Program-made: the position numbers and the translations under genes
Shown here: positions 59,285-64,000 of the stretch, one piece after another
Position numbering within the stretch: position 1 is the stretch's first letter
Layout: each line of letters starts with the position of its first letter
Source of the DNA: the human T2T-CHM13v2.0 reference genome, Homo sapiens
Direction: 5' to 3' (one strand)
Assembly: GCF_009914755.1 (NCBI RefSeq)
Contig: NC_060928.1
Length of the DNA stretch: 64,000 bases
The notes under the pieces: generated by a model
Databases searched by the model: none
Seen by the model: the letters and a program-made list of their open reading frames with translations, nothing else
Told to the model about the DNA's origin: nothing

Positions 59285-59791
59285 TGTAGCAGACACTTGT
59301 CATTTCTTTTGACTGCCCAGCATTGGAGTCCTTCTCTGGATTTGGGGAATTCTCTACCTTATAAATCTTGATGGGAGACAAAGACTCCCTGCCCCACACA
59401 GAAGCTAGATACTCTCTTTCCTACTTTCCTTTGCAGGTAGAATAAAATGTACCCAGGCTCCACTTTGACTCAGGAGTTAGTGGCGCAAGGAAGCAGGCAC
59501 TGTGCGGAATCCAATCCAGAAGCTGCAGTGGTAGCAGTTCTATAGTAGCCATAGTTAGTGTTTCTTATATGTTGGCAGCTATTTGAGATGCAGCATCTGG
59601 GCAGTGGTGCCTTTATGGGACTAGCTTGGCTTCAGACTTCAGAGTTGGTTTCCTGTGTAACCTCCAAGCTTGGTTTGACTTCCATTCTAGAGATTCTGGG
59701 GGGTAGCCAATATCCTTTACGAAATCCTTTTCTACTTATTCTTAGCAGAGCTTGTTTCTGTTGCTTACAACTAAGAATTCTTATTGATACA
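59285..59791 (+). mobile_element. LTR33-like ERVL solo LTR
   Basis: TGTAGCAGAC..TTTTGACTGCCCAGCAT..TTTGGGGAATTC; ends GTTTCTGTTGCTTACAACTAAGAA..TGATACA. Confidence 0.8.
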
Positions 59792-59939
59792 GCTCTGAGA
59801 TCCAATCCACCAGGAAAGTAAAGAAAGAGTTCAACAAACAAGCTCTATTGAAAAACAGACTGCTCTCATGCTGTGTTGGGAATCTGAGCATAGTAGTATA
59901 GGTGAGGGTATGAAGAATTTAAGAGTTATGTCCACTTAC

Positions 59940-60200
59940 ACTGATATTCTACTAAAACTCTCTCTGAGGTCACCTATGACTTTCTCATTGCTAAATCTAA
60001 TGGCCTCTGTTAACTTCCCATGTTTAAATTTTCTGCCATATTTGATGCTGTTGAACATTCCTTCCTCCTGGAATCTTTATTATCTATTAACAGGGAACAT
60101 CTTGAGGGCACAAATTTAGCAGGACTGTCTTTGTACTCCCAGCACATTGCATTTTGCCTGACACATCACACTCAAGATTTCAATGAATAAATGAATGAAT
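59940..60200 (+). mobile_element. L2 fragments incl. 3' end
   Basis: GGTCACCTATGACTTTCTCATTGCTAAATCTAATGG; AATGAATAAATGAATGAAT. Confidence 0.65.
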
Positions 60201-60808
60201 ACATATTGTATTTTTAACTATGATGAAAAGAGAAAGACTAATTGAATAAAGCACACAGGAAATATTGGCAAAGGGTGAAAAAGTGACAGTCACCTATTTT
60301 GAGCATTTTGAGCCCATTTTAATGCAGTGATCAGCAATAGATATTATATAAGCAATGTATTGATTAATAATACAAACAAATAAGACAAGTAATTGTGACA
60401 TAACTAATATTTATCAATGGGATTGGTCTATTTGTTAACATACATTGATTTATCAATTAAATTGAAGACTAAAAAGATAATGAAGGAGTCACAAAAACTG
60501 CATGTAATTGTCAGGATCCCAAGAAACATCAAAGACCGGTGAATAGTTAGTTAATCAAACAGGTTTTTACCTCAACAAAGTCAAACTGATCTTGTCCGTG
60601 TAACAAGATCATCACACTTTCTGGATCTTCAGAGATCACCAGATTGATGTTTACCATACTGAGATCAAAATCTGAAGATAAAAGTGATTTTTAGCTGGGC
60701 AAAACTGAACCTCCTCTGTAGAAGACTGAGAGTTAAATAGGAAAAATCAAGATCAACATGTCCCAACCTAACCAGATATCAATCTGTCTGCTGTTACTGA
60801 TCAAGAAC

Positions 60809-61030
60809 CGGGATCACCAAACTGTCATCAGTGGGACAAATTCAGCCCATCATGTGTTTTGGTAAACAAAAGTTGACTAGAACACAGCCATACCCACTTG
60901 TTTATATATTGTCTAAGGCTGCGTTTGCTCTTCAATGACACAGTTGAGTAGCTGGGGGACAGAGTGTATCCCAAAAAGAGCCTGAAATATGCACTACCTG
61001 CTCCATTATAGAAAAAGTTCACTGACCCTT
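60809..61030. mobile_element. MER58A
   Basis: GAACACAGCCATACCCACTTGTTTATATATTGTCT..GGCTGC; AGAAAAAGTTCACTGACCC. Confidence 0.85.
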
Positions 61031-61266
61031 AATAAAAAAGATATGGAGAAAGAAGAGAAGTCTAATTTAGATTTCTGGACCCACACAAAAGTGCCCTGAA
61101 AATGATAATTCTTTTGCTCCATCCAGCTCACTCTCAGAGCTGAAACTTTTCCTCTATCCTCCCTCTTCCTCACTTCACTACAATCAAGGCTTACAACTGT
61201 GAATAGTTTATTTATTTTTTTCTATACTTTGGAATATTTACATCAAAAGTAAACAGTTTATGGTAA

Positions 61267-61736
<470 letters not shown>

Positions 61737-62023
61737 TTTCCCACAGATTTCTTAAATGCAATACGTGTTCTAAGCACTATTTTCTTCCAGCTCCATACCT
61801 GCTCATGCAACATTTATCTTTTTCCACAGCTTTCACCATCATTCTGTACAGCTAATTTCCGTTCACTTTAACCTTTACTTTAAACCCCATACCCGCATTT
61901 CCAAATGCTGTAAATCTTCATGTGGGTATGTTGTGTTCCTACTCACATTTGTCTGGTTTGACATCTAAATCATTATCTCTGCCCACAAAAACAAATCATA
62001 AACCATACACAAAAATAGCACAG

Positions 62024-62398
<375 letters not shown>

Positions 62399-63379
62399 TC
62401 ACCATCTACATGTAACCAAACATAAAATTCTAAAGATTCTTGAGTTTAAAATGTATCTGGAAATTTTCTCCTCCATGTCGTTTCCAATACTTTATTTTAT
62501 ACTGTCATCATTGAATACCTTCAAAATAGCTGCAACCGTATTCCTGTTTTGGTTGGGCTATTTCTCTAATTTATCTTTCATATTGTTCCCAGAATTATCT
62601 TCCTATAACACAAATCAGATCATGAAACATCTCTGTTAAAAAATCTTCAAGATTCTCCTTGACCTACAAAGTCAAAATGCTTGGAGTGGCATTCAAGGGT
62701 GATCATGCTCTAAGCTACCTTTTCAGGTTTATTACCAACTAATCTCCAACATAAAGTTTGAACTCTGACAGCACTGGATTATTTTTCATTTTCTGAGCAT
62801 ATCTGTAATATGTTCATATATGTCTATTATATTATGTTCTGAAGAGTTGAGTCATACTCCCCACCCGCACCCCTGTGCTAACCATCCTACAATGCACTTG
62901 AGGAAAAATAGGTGGTCATAGTTTGGCTGGCAATTAGATTTTGCTTGCTAAGACATATATGCAAGCTGGCTAGATTTTGAGAAGGGGGAAAGGGAAAGGA
63001 GGACCTCAGTAAGGTGGTTAGAAAGGCTGCTGAGGAGGTTCTGAGCCAGAACCAAAAGAAATAAGGCAGTTATATGAGAAAAACTTCCCAGAAACAGCAG
63101 TTTAATGCTGTTTGCTATATCATTCCTTCCTCTGTTTTCCCATTAAACTTGTAGTGAGTCTATATTTCTAAGCAGTATCTCACAGTTGGGTTTATTTAAG
63201 AGCTAAAAACCTAGTGGCCTGGCCTGAAGGTATACGTGAAGTGATTCCTTTTAACTATGTTTGCCTCAATGTTTACATTGAAACTTTCTTTAAAGGCATT
63301 AATCATATTTATAATAACTGATCTTTGTTTAGGCAATTGATTTGAATTCTATCCAGCTCTATCCTGTTTTTCTCTTGTA

Positions 63380-63946
63380 CATAGTTCCCCCTTATCCACA
63401 GTTGCACTTTCCATGGCTTCAGTTACCTGTGGTCAACTGTGGTCTGAAAATATGAAATGGACAATTCCAGAAACAAACAATTCATTAGTTTTAAATTGCC
63501 ATCATTTTGAGTAGCAGGATGAACTCTCTCATTTTCCTGCTCCAACCTATCTGGGATGTGAATCATGCCTTTGTCCAGTGTACCCACACTGTAGATGTTA
63601 CCCACCTGCCCCTTAGTCAGCTTGTCTCTGTTATCAGATCAACTGTTTTGGTATCGGTATGGAAATGCTTGTGTTTAAGTAAGCCTTATTTTATTTAATA
63701 ATGACCCCAAAGTACAAGAGTAATGCTGCTGGCATTTCAGATATGCCAAAGAGAAGCCAAACATATGCCAAGGAGAAGTTGTTAAGCTCCTACTGTGCCT
63801 AATTTATAAATTAAATTTTATCATAGGTATGTATTTACAGGAAAAAACGTAGTGCAGTATATATAGAGTTCAGTACTATTTGAGGTTTCAGGCATCCACT
63901 GGGGGGGCTTGGAATGTATCTTCTTTGGATAATGGGGGGACTACTG
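63380..63946 (+). mobile_element. MER44B/C-like (Tigger7-derived) MITE
   Basis: TIRs CATAGTTCCCCCTTATCC ... GGATAATGGGGGGACTACTG. Confidence 0.85.
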
Positions 63947-64000
63947 CAATTGCTATTTTAGTACTATTTCTGTGGTCTTTTTCTCCCAACCCCTTATAAG

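Noticed and set aside
60400-60600. Faint resemblance to CR1/L3 reverse transcriptase 3' region
   Set aside because: No convincing translated motif (no FADD); cannot be supported by eye

Overview
AT-rich, Alu-dense primate (human/great-ape-like) genomic DNA. I found no supportable protein-coding exon, structural RNA gene or CpG island; the long ORFs in the track are Alu, L1 or LTR translations. Most of the window is interspersed repeat: about 40 Alu units (J, S, Y, FLAM and monomers), two long decayed old L1s in opposite orientations, L2/MIR, a CR1/L3 relic, many MaLR/ERVL/ERV1 LTRs and hAT/Tigger MITEs. Mixed L1/LTR orientation suggests intergenic or lncRNA-type territory. Best second-look items: (1) a ~45-nt MER51/MER57-like LTR R-region hairpin with its own poly(A) tail (32317-32386), which looks like a retroposed short TAR-like LTR transcript; (2) an apparent L1-retroposed, U5-less MER4-group/MER50 ERV transcript with an env relic (14491-16368), later hit by an LTR10 carrying four abutting p53 half-sites; (3) an AP-1-repeat LTR10F/A solo LTR; (4) a 34-bp templated insertion copied from 4 kb away; (5) a CR1 endonuclease fossil. 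All repeat family names come from my recall of consensus sequences, not from a database run, and boundaries are approximate unless a TSD is quoted.
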